64,000 nt of DNA from Cyanobacteria bacterium P01_A01_bin.123 (lineage in GTDB: Bacteria > Cyanobacteriota > Cyanobacteriia > Phormidesmidales > Phormidesmidaceae), in NCBI GenBank assembly GCA_039815185.1, contig JBCBZT010000004.1, forward strand, positions 32,001-96,000, read 5' to 3'. A model generated the notes under the pieces. That model was not told where the DNA came from. It saw nothing but the letters and a program-made list of their open reading frames with translations, and searched no databases. This document shows, in pieces, positions 1 through 9,667 of the stretch (its first letter is position 1; each line of letters begins with the position of its first letter). The position numbers and the translations under genes were made by a program.

Positions 1-2
1 TG

Positions 3-746
3 CGATTTGAAAACGTTTCTTTCACCTATCCCGGCAGCACCAAAGCGTCCCTAAGCCATGTTTCTTTCCACCTCAAACCTGGGAAAAAGCTAGCCATCGT
101 CGGTGAAAACGGCTCTGGCAAAACCACCCTGATTAAATTGCTGACCCGATTGTATCAACCCACCCACGGACGCATCCTCCTCGACGGACGCGATCTGAAC
201 ATTTGGGATACGGACGTGCTGCGCCAACGCATTGGCGTCATTTTTCAAGACTTTACCCGCTACCAGTTCAAGGTGGGTGAAAACATTGGTGTCGGCGATG
301 TGGGGGCTTTTGATGCCCGCGATCGCTGGCAAAGTGCTGCCCAAAAAGGCACCGCCATGCCTTTGGTTGAATCCCTCCCAGACGGATTTGAAACCCAACT
401 CGGACGCTGGTTTCGAGACGGCCAAGAACTCTCCGGCGGTCAATGGCAAAAAATCGCCCTCTCACGCGCCTTCATGCGCACGGATGCCGACATTCTGGTA
501 CTCGATGAACCCACCGCCGCGATGGATGCCGAAGCCGAAGTCAAACTGTTTGACCACTTTCGCACCGTCACCCAACACCAAATGGCCATCCTCATTTCCC
601 ACCGCTTTTCCACCGTCCGCATGGCCGACCAAATCATCGTCCTCTCCGGTGGCACGTTAATTGAACAAGGAACTCACGACGAACTGCTCAACCAAAATGG
701 CCGCTATGCCAGATTGTTTAAACTGCAAGCCGCTGGCTATCAATAG
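3..746 (+). CDS. ABC transporter ATP-binding/permease protein, C-terminal NBD (5' end outside the window)
   Basis: The frame is open from position 3 (RFENVSFTYPG...). Walker A GENGSGKT, signature LSGGQWQ and Walker B ILVLDE are present. Confidence 0.9.
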   Translation, partial: RFENVSFTYPGSTKASLSHVSFHLKPGKKLAIVGENGSGKTTLIKLLTRLYQPTHGRILLDGRDLNIWDTDVLRQRIGVIFQDFTRYQFKVGENIGVGDVGAFDARDRWQSAAQKGTAMPLVESLPDGFETQLGRWFRDGQELSGGQWQKIALSRAFMRTDADILVLDEPTAAMDAEAEVKLFDHFRTVTQHQMAILISHRFSTVRMADQIIVLSGGTLIEQGTHDELLNQNGRYARLFKLQAAGYQ

Positions 747-813
747 GCAGAAAATTTAGGGAATCTATCGACAAAGGTTTGAAGCGTACCCCATAGTCCC
801 ACCTTTTTTAAGG

Positions 814-918
814 TATGGCGGTAGCCGCAAAGCTTTGTGCGCTACCGCGAGCCAGATTGCTCGTTGACTCAGCATCCTGGCGATACTCGGTGCATTAAGC
901 AATCTGTCCAGCACTATA
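814..918 (+). repeat. 105-bp dispersed structured repeat (MITE-like), full copy A
   Basis: Aligns end to end with 34647-34751 and 55602-55706, all exactly 105 bp. Termini are TATGGC...ACTATA, with two internal hairpins. Confidence 0.85.
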
Positions 919-935
919 TTAACGGTACGCAAAAT

Positions 936-1403
936 ATGAAAGTGACAATACTTACACTCGGAATGTTGATGTTCGCGACATCAGCCCCAGCTACGACGTG
1001 TCCAATCGCTCAAAGTGTGTACCGTGATGTTGAGGGCCAAGGATTTGAGCTAGTCTTTAGTGAATCAACCAACACCGTATCAAAAGCCACTGCCACCATT
1101 ACTCATCCAGATCAGGCTCAACTGCATCGTTTCGATGTGACTCAAGCCAGTGGTTATGGCTCCATTTTCCTCAGCAGCATCGACGCTGCGGGAGAGCCTT
1201 TAGGTAACGGTGATAGTTTAGAAATCTACTTTTTTGACGAAGATTTTGGGGATGCTACGCCAACTTTCTTAGGAGACGAAACAGAATCTCCTGAGTATAC
1301 GTTTATCGCAGGTCTAGGCAGCCATGACTATTACAGCCGCAGAGGTTCGGTCACGCCGCCTTTGCTAGGAGATATCATGTGGATTCATGATCGCTGCCAA
1401 TAG
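936..1403 (+). CDS. Hypothetical secreted protein
   Basis: The ATG at 936 gives a signal-peptide-like N-terminus (MKVTILTLGMLMFATSAPA). The longer ORF from 837 runs through the repeat and is probably not the real start. Confidence 0.7.
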   Translation: MKVTILTLGMLMFATSAPATTCPIAQSVYRDVEGQGFELVFSESTNTVSKATATITHPDQAQLHRFDVTQASGYGSIFLSSIDAAGEPLGNGDSLEIYFFDEDFGDATPTFLGDETESPEYTFIAGLGSHDYYSRRGSVTPPLLGDIMWIHDRCQ

Positions 1404-1412
1404 GGATCTTAG

Positions 1413-1468
1413 TGTCGCAGTCACCTCAAAGCTTTATATCCAACTACGAGCCAGATGGCTTGTAGACT
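1413..1468 (+). repeat. Degenerate left half of the 105-bp repeat
   Basis: tgtcgcagtcacctcaaagcttt...actacgagccagatggcttgtagact resembles tatagcagtcgcc...gactgcgagccagattgcttgtggact of copy E. It ends in a 13-bp tandem duplication (tggcttgtagact x2, 1456-1481). Confidence 0.55.
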
Positions 1469-1507
1469 TGGCTTGTAGACTAAGGATCTATTTAAAAGAA
1501 TCAACCG

Positions 1508-2065
1508 ATGAGTTTAATATCATCAGTCTTTATTGCCACTAGTTTAGACGGCTTCATTGCCAGAGCAGGCGGAGAACTGGACTGGTTAGATGCTGCAAAT
1601 GCCACTGTCCCAGAAGGTGAAGATTGTGGCTATCGCGCCTTTATGGCATCTATTGACGCCTTGATTATGGGCAGAAAAACCTACGAGAAGGTATTGTCAT
1701 TTGGCGAATGGCCATACGGTAATAAACCTGTCATTGTTTTAAGCCGCAACAAACTCGCAATTCCTGACGCATTAACCCCAACTGTTTCGCATTCCTCAGA
1801 ATCCCCAAGGGCGTTATCCAATCGCTTGTCAAAGGAAGGGGCTAAACGGCTGTATATTGATGGCGGCATCACCATACAGCGATTCTTATCCGAAGGACTG
1901 ATTAACGACATCACGATTACAGTCATTCCTATTCTCTTAGGCAGCGGAATTTCTTTGTTTGGTAGTTTTAAAGGAGAGATTCCACTGAGGCATATTGCAA
2001 CTAAAACCTATGAATTTGGTTTTGTGCAGCTGACCTATGAGCTAATAGAAAAGACGCTGGCGTAA
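1508..2065 (+). CDS. RibD C-terminal / dihydrofolate reductase-like protein
   Basis: Motifs FIATSLDGFIA, MGRKTY, YIDGG and IPILLGSGI. Confidence 0.88.
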   Translation: MSLISSVFIATSLDGFIARAGGELDWLDAANATVPEGEDCGYRAFMASIDALIMGRKTYEKVLSFGEWPYGNKPVIVLSRNKLAIPDALTPTVSHSSESPRALSNRLSKEGAKRLYIDGGITIQRFLSEGLINDITITVIPILLGSGISLFGSFKGEIPLRHIATKTYEFGFVQLTYELIEKTLA

Positions 2066-2085
2066 TCAATGATCACGAAAAGATA

Positions 2086-2718
2086 ATGCGGATATTAATC
2101 ACAGGGTTTGAACCCAATGATGATCGCCTCAATGCGTCAGAACTGGTTGTAAGATCTTTGCGAGATCATCCGCCTCAATCGCTTAAGTCGTTCATGCACT
2201 GCATTGACTTCAAAATTATGCCCGGAAATACCAATATCCTAGGACGGGTTGTTGACGAAATGCTCAAAGCTGTTGTACCCGATATTTGTATCGGCATCGG
2301 TCAAGCACGGGGCTATAACCGGATAGCGCTTGAACGGATGGCAAAAAACTTACGGCACTTTGTCACATTGGACAGAGCCGGGAATGCTCCTAAAGGTGAA
2401 CCCGTTGTTCCAGGAGCCGCTGTCGCTTATTGGAGTTCTTTGCCAGAACAGAATGACTTAGTTTCATGCCTAAAGAGCCACAACATTCCCGCTAGAATTT
2501 CAAACGATTGTGGCACTCATCTATGTAACCAAATCTTTTATCACTTTCTACACTGGAAGCACCGTCACCAGTCGGATATGAAGGTCGGTTTTGTTCATAT
2601 CCCGATTCTTCCAGAGCAAGTTATTAAGGATTGGCCAGAGTCGCCTTTCATGCCCATGGAAATGACGTGTCAAGCTCTATCACTAATTATCAATCGGCAA
2701 ATGCAGTTGAAACCCTAA
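2086..2718 (+). CDS. pcp: Pyroglutamyl-peptidase I (C15) family
   Basis: ILITGFEP, LER (catalytic Glu), GTHLCN (Cys) and GFVHIP (His). Confidence 0.88.
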   Translation: MRILITGFEPNDDRLNASELVVRSLRDHPPQSLKSFMHCIDFKIMPGNTNILGRVVDEMLKAVVPDICIGIGQARGYNRIALERMAKNLRHFVTLDRAGNAPKGEPVVPGAAVAYWSSLPEQNDLVSCLKSHNIPARISNDCGTHLCNQIFYHFLHWKHRHQSDMKVGFVHIPILPEQVIKDWPESPFMPMEMTCQALSLIINRQMQLKP

Positions 2719-2895
2719 CCCACTTGGGTAACGCCGCACCGTCCCTGCATCGCCTGGGTCAACATCAGCGGTAAAGACGTTTTGCCCCCCCTGCATACCT
2801 GAAGGCGAGTGGGAATAGCCCTTGACCTTTTCTTCAAGCGTATGGGGGGCGTTGTCGGTGGCGATGCATTCGATTACGCCATCGGGCAAGGCTAT
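2716..2895 (-). pseudogene. Frameshifted fragment of dihydroorotase (PyrC type)
   Basis: DGVIECIATDNAPHTLEEK..SPSGM, then after a frameshift in a G7 run, KTSLPLMLTQAMQGRC..TQV. This resembles the TDHAPH...SGMPGVETSLPLML region of cyanobacterial dihydroorotase. The catalytic-region His is changed to Asn. Confidence 0.75.
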
Positions 2896-3101
2896 GATCA
2901 AAGAACGGGCAGTCTATCAATCTGTCGAGTAGAATAGCGTTCAGTATAGAGATGTCCTAGTCTTGCATCTGATGTGTGATGGCTAGAGACGCTGAGTGTC
3001 CCCAACTGGCTAAATTAGGGATCGATTGTCTATGATCGGTTAGCCAGTACATCTCCCTAAATATCTATTGGACTACATTTATCGGATTTAGGTTATTACT
3101 C

Positions 3102-3707
3102 GTGCCTGACAACTTCGACCCCTCTTCCCGCTCCGACGCTGATTCACCTAAGCCACCTAGCCCGAACAAACCGCCAAAATCTGGGCCTAATCCATGGGTA
3201 GAGGCTGTTCAGACTTTGGGATTAAGTCTGGTTTTAGCCTTTGGGATTCGTAGTTGTGTGGCCGAGGCTCGCTACATTCCATCAGGCTCGATGCTGCCCA
3301 CGTTGCAGATCAATGATCGCTTGGTGATTGAAAAAATTAGCTATCACTTCAACCCCCCTGTCCGAGGGGACATCGTTGTCTTTTGGCCCCCGGCTAATGC
3401 CCTCCCTGAAGATGAGCGCAAAGACGCCTTTATCAAACGGGTGATTGGCTTGCCAGGCGAAGAAGTTGAGGTCACCGATGGCCAAGTCATTGTCGATGGT
3501 ACTGCTCTAGAAGAGGGCTATATTCAAGCCCCGCCAGATTACACCTGGGGGCCAGAAACAGTGCCTAGTGGAGAATACCTCGTACTGGGCGACAACCGTA
3601 ACAGCAGCTATGACAGCCATGCTTGGGGGTTTGTCCCCAAGGAAAATATTATTGGTCGGGCTGTCGTTAGGTTTTGGCCGCCCAATCGGCTGGGGGGCTT
3701 AGACTAA
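3102..3707 (+). CDS. lepB: Signal peptidase I
   Basis: IPSGSMLPTL (Ser), FIKRVIGLPG (Lys) and GDNRNSSYDS. Confidence 0.95.
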   Translation: MPDNFDPSSRSDADSPKPPSPNKPPKSGPNPWVEAVQTLGLSLVLAFGIRSCVAEARYIPSGSMLPTLQINDRLVIEKISYHFNPPVRGDIVVFWPPANALPEDERKDAFIKRVIGLPGEEVEVTDGQVIVDGTALEEGYIQAPPDYTWGPETVPSGEYLVLGDNRNSSYDSHAWGFVPKENIIGRAVVRFWPPNRLGGLD

Positions 3708-3931
3708 TCAGGCGTATTCTGGAGCTCTGGTTTTTCTTCAGATAAGATAGCGCCCTCAACGGGACACACCTGGAGGCAAATGCCGCAGTCAATGCAGGTG
3801 GCAAAGTCAATCCAATACCAGTCAGTTCCTTTGGGATTCTTCCCGGGGCCTTCGTGGATACAGGCCACAGGACAGGCATCGACACAATCGGCGACGCCTT
3901 CACAAACATTGGTCACAATTGTATGGGGCAC
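3704..3931 (-). CDS. Dicluster [3Fe-4S]/[4Fe-4S] ferredoxin
   Basis: CEGVADCVDACP and CIDCGICLQVCP motifs. Confidence 0.9.
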   Translation of the reverse strand: MPHTIVTNVCEGVADCVDACPVACIHEGPGKNPKGTDWYWIDFATCIDCGICLQVCPVEGAILSEEKPELQNTPD

Positions 3932-3942
3932 AGTTTTTTTCT

Positions 3943-4884
3943 CTAGAGTAAGACTTCGGTGCCAGGGATATCCCCAAATATCTTTTTAGAATAGTCTAAA
4001 AGTTGTTGATTCTGAAAGATTTTTCTGTAGTCAGGGTGATCTACGAACTGTTTCCAGCGATCGTTGACTGCCATCTTACGACCGACACCATCCATATTCT
4101 GGCCATCAAAAGAACTACCCCCCCCTAAATGCGCAACTCGATCCATGCCAGCATCTGTAAATTCGTTGCCGATCTGATCTGCAAGCGCTTTACGGTACTC
4201 TAGATCGGTAAACCAATGGTTGTAATTGAGGCAGATCTTGTTGTGCTTTAAATAGTTAGTTTCGTTCAAAAACTCTCTTGCATACTGAATCCAAAGTTCA
4301 ACCGCTGTGGACTTACCTGATTTAACGTCTATCATTCCACTTTTCAGACGGCTGGCAAATAAGTTGAATGGATCACGCATGATAATAATGTCGAAGCGCT
4401 GATTGCTCTTACCCAGGTAGACATCATGCATCCGTTCAAACAGCGGATCTGTAATACTTGTCAGAGCATGATCTTCATAGCCAAGCATTAAGCAATCTAA
4501 CTCAACAAAATTCCCTCGTGCCAGAGGCATATAGTGTTTTATTGCCCAGTTGGTATGTTCGGGATAAAAGTCGAGTATGCGATGGTACTTATGACGATAA
4601 GGATTACACCGAACTTCTAAATTATTTAACTGCTCAACGCTACCGTTTTCTTGAGCTTTAATCCATTCGGCGATCGCATGATTTCCTGACCGTCTTAAAC
4701 CCAAAATTCTCAACTCTTTTTGGTTGATAACGGAAGACCAAGAACTCTGTTTTGCAATGACTCTATAAGTATCCTCTGCTGAATATTCAAGTAACCTTTT
4801 GGCTTTGCGAAATATTCGCTTTGGCTTGTTTGTAGCTTTATTAGCCAGTAACTTTATATTCATAGAATCAACCCAAAATTTCAA
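3943..4884 (-). CDS. Sulfotransferase-like protein
   Basis: GLRRSGNH resembles the 5'-PSB loop and IMRDPFNLFAS the 3'-PB motif. The gene is AT-rich and the start may be the ATG at 4863. Confidence 0.6.
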   Translation of the reverse strand: MKFWVDSMNIKLLANKATNKPKRIFRKAKRLLEYSAEDTYRVIAKQSSWSSVINQKELRILGLRRSGNHAIAEWIKAQENGSVEQLNNLEVRCNPYRHKYHRILDFYPEHTNWAIKHYMPLARGNFVELDCLMLGYEDHALTSITDPLFERMHDVYLGKSNQRFDIIIMRDPFNLFASRLKSGMIDVKSGKSTAVELWIQYAREFLNETNYLKHNKICLNYNHWFTDLEYRKALADQIGNEFTDAGMDRVAHLGGGSSFDGQNMDGVGRKMAVNDRWKQFVDHPDYRKIFQNQQLLDYSKKIFGDIPGTEVLL

Positions 4885-4983
4885 CCTTGACCATAACCAG
4901 ATCTATAGTTTTCCCGGTAGAAGGGCGTAGGGCGCTGCATCTCTGATCAAGTTTTCAACTCGACTGTAGCTTATTTCATCAAA

Positions 4984-6219
4984 TCAAGTCAGCACTTCAA
5001 TCTCAGGCAACCCTCCAGCAGGTATCCAGGCGACACGCTGAATTTGCCGTTGTTGCGCGATCGCTCGAATCTGATCTGGATTAGTCTGTTTGCTGAGATC
5101 TACCTCAACCCGTACCAGGTTTTCTGACGCTCGAATGGTTTGGGCATAGGCAAAGGCGGCCGCCACCGCCTCGGGTGTGGTCGGCACCACTAACCAGTCC
5201 GTTGGCGGAATTTGATGGGGCAGTTGTCCTGTGGGGATTAAGACTTGGTGGAGGGCTTCAATATTGAGCATAAAGCCAATGCCAGCGAAGCCTTGTCCCT
5301 GCGGATCGAACACGCTGAGCAAATTATTGTACCGGCCCCCTTGGCCGATGACTTGGCAACCCTGGGGTGTTTCGCTCACCACTTCAAACACAATACCCGT
5401 GTAGTAATCGAAGGGCTTAATCAGGCTCAAATCTAAAATCAGTGAGGGAATGGGAACCTGGCCCTGACTTTGGGTTACCGATTGGAGTAACTCCACCAAG
5501 GCCTTAAGCGCTTCGACGGTTTGACGTTCTGACGGCGTTAACGCAAGTTGAGAGACGCGCTGGAGGACATCAGCGGGTTTGCCGCGCAAATCCATCAGGA
5601 TTAATGCCCGTGTTCTCAGCTCGTCAGTTAATGGCAGCGTTTCTAAACTAACGCGATCAAGGGAGGCGATCGCTTGCCGCACTGCTTCTCTAAGCTTGTC
5701 TGGAAAAGGAGAAAGCAGCGATCGCGTCAGGCCTGCATCCCCCAATACCCCGTGCCATTGCCCCAGCTTGAGACTGTTGATACAATTCGCCAGCAGCAAC
5801 AGCACCTCAGCATCGGCATTCATGCCATCAGCACCTAGCAGTTCTACCCCCGCTTGGTAGTATTCTTGCTGGCCGCCATGGCTACCTTTATCGGCTCGCT
5901 GAAATACATTGGCGCTGTAGCATAACCGTTGAGGGTAAGTGACATCAGCTAGGCGCGTCGCTGCTGCTCGGGCAATGGATGCCGTCAACTCAGGGCGCAA
6001 CCCCAAGCGTTCTGAACCACTGCTTTGGAGCTCAATCACTTCAGACTGCTCAATCGCTCCCCCCGCCATCAACGTTTCGAGGTTTTCAACCGTAGACGTG
6101 ATGATCCGGTGATATCCCCAGCGCTGGAAAATTTGCTCCACTCGCTCCTCGATCCAATATTTTTGGGCAACATCTAGGGGCAGTAGATCCCGCGCACCCG
6201 AAGGGGATTGATAAACCAT
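4984..6219 (-). CDS. hisZ: ATP phosphoribosyltransferase regulatory subunit
   Basis: GARDLLP, LRPELTASIAR, QAGVELLG, YYTGIVFE and GGRY, a HisRS-like fold without the full synthetase motifs. Confidence 0.93.
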   Translation of the reverse strand: MVYQSPSGARDLLPLDVAQKYWIEERVEQIFQRWGYHRIITSTVENLETLMAGGAIEQSEVIELQSSGSERLGLRPELTASIARAAATRLADVTYPQRLCYSANVFQRADKGSHGGQQEYYQAGVELLGADGMNADAEVLLLLANCINSLKLGQWHGVLGDAGLTRSLLSPFPDKLREAVRQAIASLDRVSLETLPLTDELRTRALILMDLRGKPADVLQRVSQLALTPSERQTVEALKALVELLQSVTQSQGQVPIPSLILDLSLIKPFDYYTGIVFEVVSETPQGCQVIGQGGRYNNLLSVFDPQGQGFAGIGFMLNIEALHQVLIPTGQLPHQIPPTDWLVVPTTPEAVAAAFAYAQTIRASENLVRVEVDLSKQTNPDQIRAIAQQRQIQRVAWIPAGGLPEIEVLT

Positions 6220-7160
6220 TATTTTTTTCCGCCGAACAAACCAAAAAGACCACCTTTTGATTTTCCAGCTTTTTTGTCCCCTGTGCGCTTCGAACTGTTG
6301 CTAGCCGGTGCCGATTTACCTAAAGCCGCCAGCTTTAACTTGGCCTCTTGGGCCACAGGGCCACCTTCAGCACTGAGGTCAAGCACTTTACTGAGATGAA
6401 TTTTTGCTAACTTAGGCTGGCCAGATTTGATGTAGACGTTGGCCAGTTGGTTGTGTAGAGCAGCACTTTTAGGGTGACTTTGCAGGGCTTCTCGAAGTTC
6501 AAGAATTGCGCGGGTATAGTCCTTCCTATCTTCAAATTCTTTGGCTCGATTGAGATAGCTGCCAATGATATTCGATCGATGCTGCCGGGGGTGGGTCGGA
6601 GCTGTTGACGCGGATGACTGGTCTGATGTTGTTGCTTCGGTTGTCGATGTTGCCGTTTCTGGGGCAGGTGCAGCGGCAGGGGTTGCCAAGCCACCCTTGC
6701 GAATCAGATAGGCTAAGTTGAGTTCGCTAATTTGTCCGGTGATGTCGGGGAGTTGATCAAGGCTGTCATACTGTTGACCCGCGAGGTCATTCAGCTTATT
6801 CCTATAGGTCTGATCAACGTTGTTGGTTCCCACCAGTTCTTTAGCAGCCTTCGAGGTCCAGGTAATCGAACCACTTTGCTCAGTCATTTGCTGCCCTTTT
6901 AATCGCAAGACAACACTGTATTCAGAGGCTGACTTGTCTTGACTGAGCTGCTCGTAAGCTGGATTGACCAACTTAGACAAAATATCACTAGCCTGCTTGC
7001 GTTCTACTTCCCCGGCACTGGCGAAGCTGTCAGGATGGAGTTTCCGGGCAATCTTTAAGTAGCGTTTCCGGATTTGTTTAGAATCTGCATCAATGGAAAT
7101 GCCCAGTACCGCATGGTGGTCAGTGAAATCTTGGTTAAACAGGCCTTGTTCAATCTTCAT
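6219..7160 (-). CDS. DnaJ-domain protein with C-terminal TPR
   Basis: J-domain HPD motif (RKLHPD) and TPR-like helices near the C-terminus. Confidence 0.88.
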   Translation of the reverse strand: MKIEQGLFNQDFTDHHAVLGISIDADSKQIRKRYLKIARKLHPDSFASAGEVERKQASDILSKLVNPAYEQLSQDKSASEYSVVLRLKGQQMTEQSGSITWTSKAAKELVGTNNVDQTYRNKLNDLAGQQYDSLDQLPDITGQISELNLAYLIRKGGLATPAAAPAPETATSTTEATTSDQSSASTAPTHPRQHRSNIIGSYLNRAKEFEDRKDYTRAILELREALQSHPKSAALHNQLANVYIKSGQPKLAKIHLSKVLDLSAEGGPVAQEAKLKLAALGKSAPASNSSKRTGDKKAGKSKGGLFGLFGGKK

Positions 7161-7411
7161 AGGAAATGGCAGCGTAAGTCCCCGGACTGGTTTTAAGTTT
7201 CCCGCAGGGGGGATGGGCTTATCTCAGTGTATCCACTGATATGAAAATTGCACGCTTGGGGATCCCCGAACCGCAAGACTTTACGAAAAAAACAAATTTA
7301 TAGGGGTTGGGGGTGCTGAAAACACTGCCCCTGCAATGCAATGAGTTGCTCATTAGATTCAGATTAGTCGATTGTGGCGTTCAAAACTGCTAAGGCTGAA
7401 ACCTTACGCCA

Positions 7412-8257
7412 CTAAGACGGGGCAAATCGAGTTAGGGGCTTAACCTGCCTCAGTTCTTCGCTAATCGCTTGATGGAGATGGCCGTTGCTGGCCAATATTC
7501 GCCCGGAATAGATGTCAAAGGGGCTTTGATCGTAAGCGGTAACCTGTCCCCCCGCTTCTTCAACCAATACGGCCCCTGCAGTCAAATCCCAGGGAGAAAG
7601 CCCCCGTTCCCAGTAGCCATCGAGTCGCCCGCAGGCAATGTAGGCTAAATCAATCGAGGCTGCCCCACCCCGCCTAACCCCCTGGGTAAGGTGGGTAAAG
7701 TGGCAAAATTCGGCATAGTTATTATCAAGGCGTTCTCGGCGATCGTAGGCAAACCCAGTGACCAGTAAGCTTTGAGCAAGAGTTGGGGTCTTGGAAACCT
7801 GAATGGGGCGGCGATTGCAGGTCGCTCCCAAGCCCTTGGCCGCGCGAAATAGCTCTCGGTGAAAGGGGTCATAAATTGCACCGACAACCGGAACTTGGTT
7901 AATCAACAAACCGATAGACGCGGCTGAAAAGGGATATTGATGGGCGTAGTTTGTGGTGCCGTCTAGGGGATCAATGGCCCACAGATAGGGAGAGGCTTGG
8001 GTGCCGATTTGCCCAGACTCCTCTGCCAGAATGGGGTGATTGGGGAGATGACGTCTGAGCACGGCAAGAATTTCGGCTTCTGCCGCCTTATCGGCTTCAG
8101 TAACGAGATCGCCGGGCCGGCCTTTTTCTTCGATTTGGCTGAGCTTGCCCCAGTATTGCTGCAAGATTGCCCCAGCGGCTAGGGCTGCTTCAGTGGCGAT
8201 CTCTAAAAAGCGCTGGAGGTCTTCAGCATTAGGCGAAATCGGATCGGGGGAAGTCAT
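7412..8257 (-). CDS. suhB: Inositol monophosphatase family
   Basis: DLVTEAD, WAIDPLDGTTNY and WDLTAG motifs. Confidence 0.92.
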   Translation of the reverse strand: MTSPDPISPNAEDLQRFLEIATEAALAAGAILQQYWGKLSQIEEKGRPGDLVTEADKAAEAEILAVLRRHLPNHPILAEESGQIGTQASPYLWAIDPLDGTTNYAHQYPFSAASIGLLINQVPVVGAIYDPFHRELFRAAKGLGATCNRRPIQVSKTPTLAQSLLVTGFAYDRRERLDNNYAEFCHFTHLTQGVRRGGAASIDLAYIACGRLDGYWERGLSPWDLTAGAVLVEEAGGQVTAYDQSPFDIYSGRILASNGHLHQAISEELRQVKPLTRFAPS

Positions 8258-8277
8258 GGGAGAGATTGAGAAGGGGG

Positions 8278-8865
8278 CTATTGCTGGCGAAATTCAGCGG
8301 GGGTAGACCGCATGGGTTGAGCTGGGTTCCAGATGCCAAGCCCTGCAAGGCGGGCATGGTCCTGAGCACGGCTAAGCTGTGCTTGGTAGGTCAAATTACG
8401 ATCATCGATGGCATCAAGCTGGGCGATCGCATGGCCGTTGAACACTAATTGCTCATTAGCTAACTGGCCATCACACCAGACATAGGCCCAAACCCGACCA
8501 TAGGCGTCGGGCGTCGCTTGGGATGGGAGTTCGATGCTGAGGGTGCGATCGCGGCAGCTATCGTTCACCCAAGTCCACAGCGCTGCCTTGGCCACTTCTC
8601 CCCACGGCGCTTGTTTCAAATCGGGGGCATCGATTCCCGCTAGCCGAATCTTGTACACTTTGTCTTCGGCGTCTACCGGTAGCGGGTCAAGCACTGAAAG
8701 CGACTGACCGCTATAAACCTGATCGACTTTTGTGAGGAATCCTGATGGTGTTGCTTGGGGTTGGCAACCCCACAAGCCAATGGTGCAAATGATTAGAACG
8801 CTGCATAATACCCCCCGCCAATTGAGCCAATAGGGCAAGACACGCGATCGCCTCATGGCTGTCAT
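8278..8865 (-). CDS. Thermonuclease (SNase) family lipoprotein
   Basis: IRLAGIDAP, DAYGRVWAY and ARLAGLGIW motifs, plus lipobox-like LWGC. The start was moved from 8991 to avoid overlapping the ferredoxin. Confidence 0.82.
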   Translation of the reverse strand: MTAMRRSRVLPYWLNWRGVLCSVLIICTIGLWGCQPQATPSGFLTKVDQVYSGQSLSVLDPLPVDAEDKVYKIRLAGIDAPDLKQAPWGEVAKAALWTWVNDSCRDRTLSIELPSQATPDAYGRVWAYVWCDGQLANEQLVFNGHAIAQLDAIDDRNLTYQAQLSRAQDHARLAGLGIWNPAQPMRSTPAEFRQQ

Positions 8866-8872
8866 CAAAGCA

Positions 8873-9241
8873 TTAGTCTTCGTCCAGCGGTAGCCCAAAG
8901 CGCACCTTACCCTTGCCAAAGTAGCGGCCAAACTGGAGTTCATAGACCTCATCTTCATCTTGGGTTTCGACTTCCAGATCAGAGCGGGCATAGCTTACGC
9001 ACAGGAGCGCATAGCCCTGTGCCCGCAAATCAGGCGATAACCCCATCGCTTCGGGTTGATCAACCTGACCGGAGAGAACACGCACTGCACAGGTGGTACA
9101 AGCGCCGTTGCGACAGGCGAACGGGAGATCCGCTCCCTGGTTTTCAGCCGTCTGTAGCACATAGCGATCGGCCGGTACCTGAACGGTGTAATCTCGATTG
9201 TTTTGCCGATGATGAATGTGAATGGTATAGGCGTCAGCCAT
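8873..9241 (-). CDS. fed2: [2Fe-2S] ferredoxin with C-terminal extension (Fed2/FdC2 type)
   Basis: CRNGACTTC...LLCVSY plus the QDEDEVYELQFGRYF extension characteristic of Fed2/FdC2. Confidence 0.88.
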   Translation of the reverse strand: MADAYTIHIHHRQNNRDYTVQVPADRYVLQTAENQGADLPFACRNGACTTCAVRVLSGQVDQPEAMGLSPDLRAQGYALLCVSYARSDLEVETQDEDEVYELQFGRYFGKGKVRFGLPLDED

Positions 9242-9434
9242 AGATTGCCGTTGTGCTCTCCAATGCAGAATAAGTAGCTTAAAGGGAAGATTAACCTCCC
9301 TGCTTATGCTCTCACGAAACAGAGGCCGGATGCATCGCCGCTAAAAATTGCCCCGAATCATTGGGCCTAGTGTGGTACGATAGCAAATCGTTGAGCAACG
9401 CAGCTCGACTTGGATTTAATCCAGAATTAAACTT

Positions 9435-9521
9435 GGAGAGGTGGCCGAGTGGTTTAAGGCGCAGCACTGGAAATGCTGTTTAGGGGCAACTTTAACGAGG
9501 GTTCGAATCCCTCCCTCTCCG
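9435..9521 (+). tRNA. trnS-GGA: tRNA-Ser(GGA)
   Basis: GGAGAGG/CCTCTCC acceptor stem, CAGCA-CTGGAAA-TGCTG anticodon arm, long variable arm and GGTTCGAATCC T-loop. CCA is not encoded. Confidence 0.96.
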
Positions 9522-9667
9522 TTGAGATTTAAGCTTTTGTCCCAGTTTTACATCATGCCTCCGGAATCAGGCTTTTGAGACGCGAAATGAAAAGTGTGAT
9601 CGGAGACAAATATTGACCCGATGCCGGCCCTTTATTCTGGGCACTATAGCTCTGATTCAAAAGCATC

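Noticed and set aside
9435..9521. tRNA-Ser as the integration site of an island
   Set aside because: There is no integrase, and I saw no duplicated tRNA 3' end in the window.
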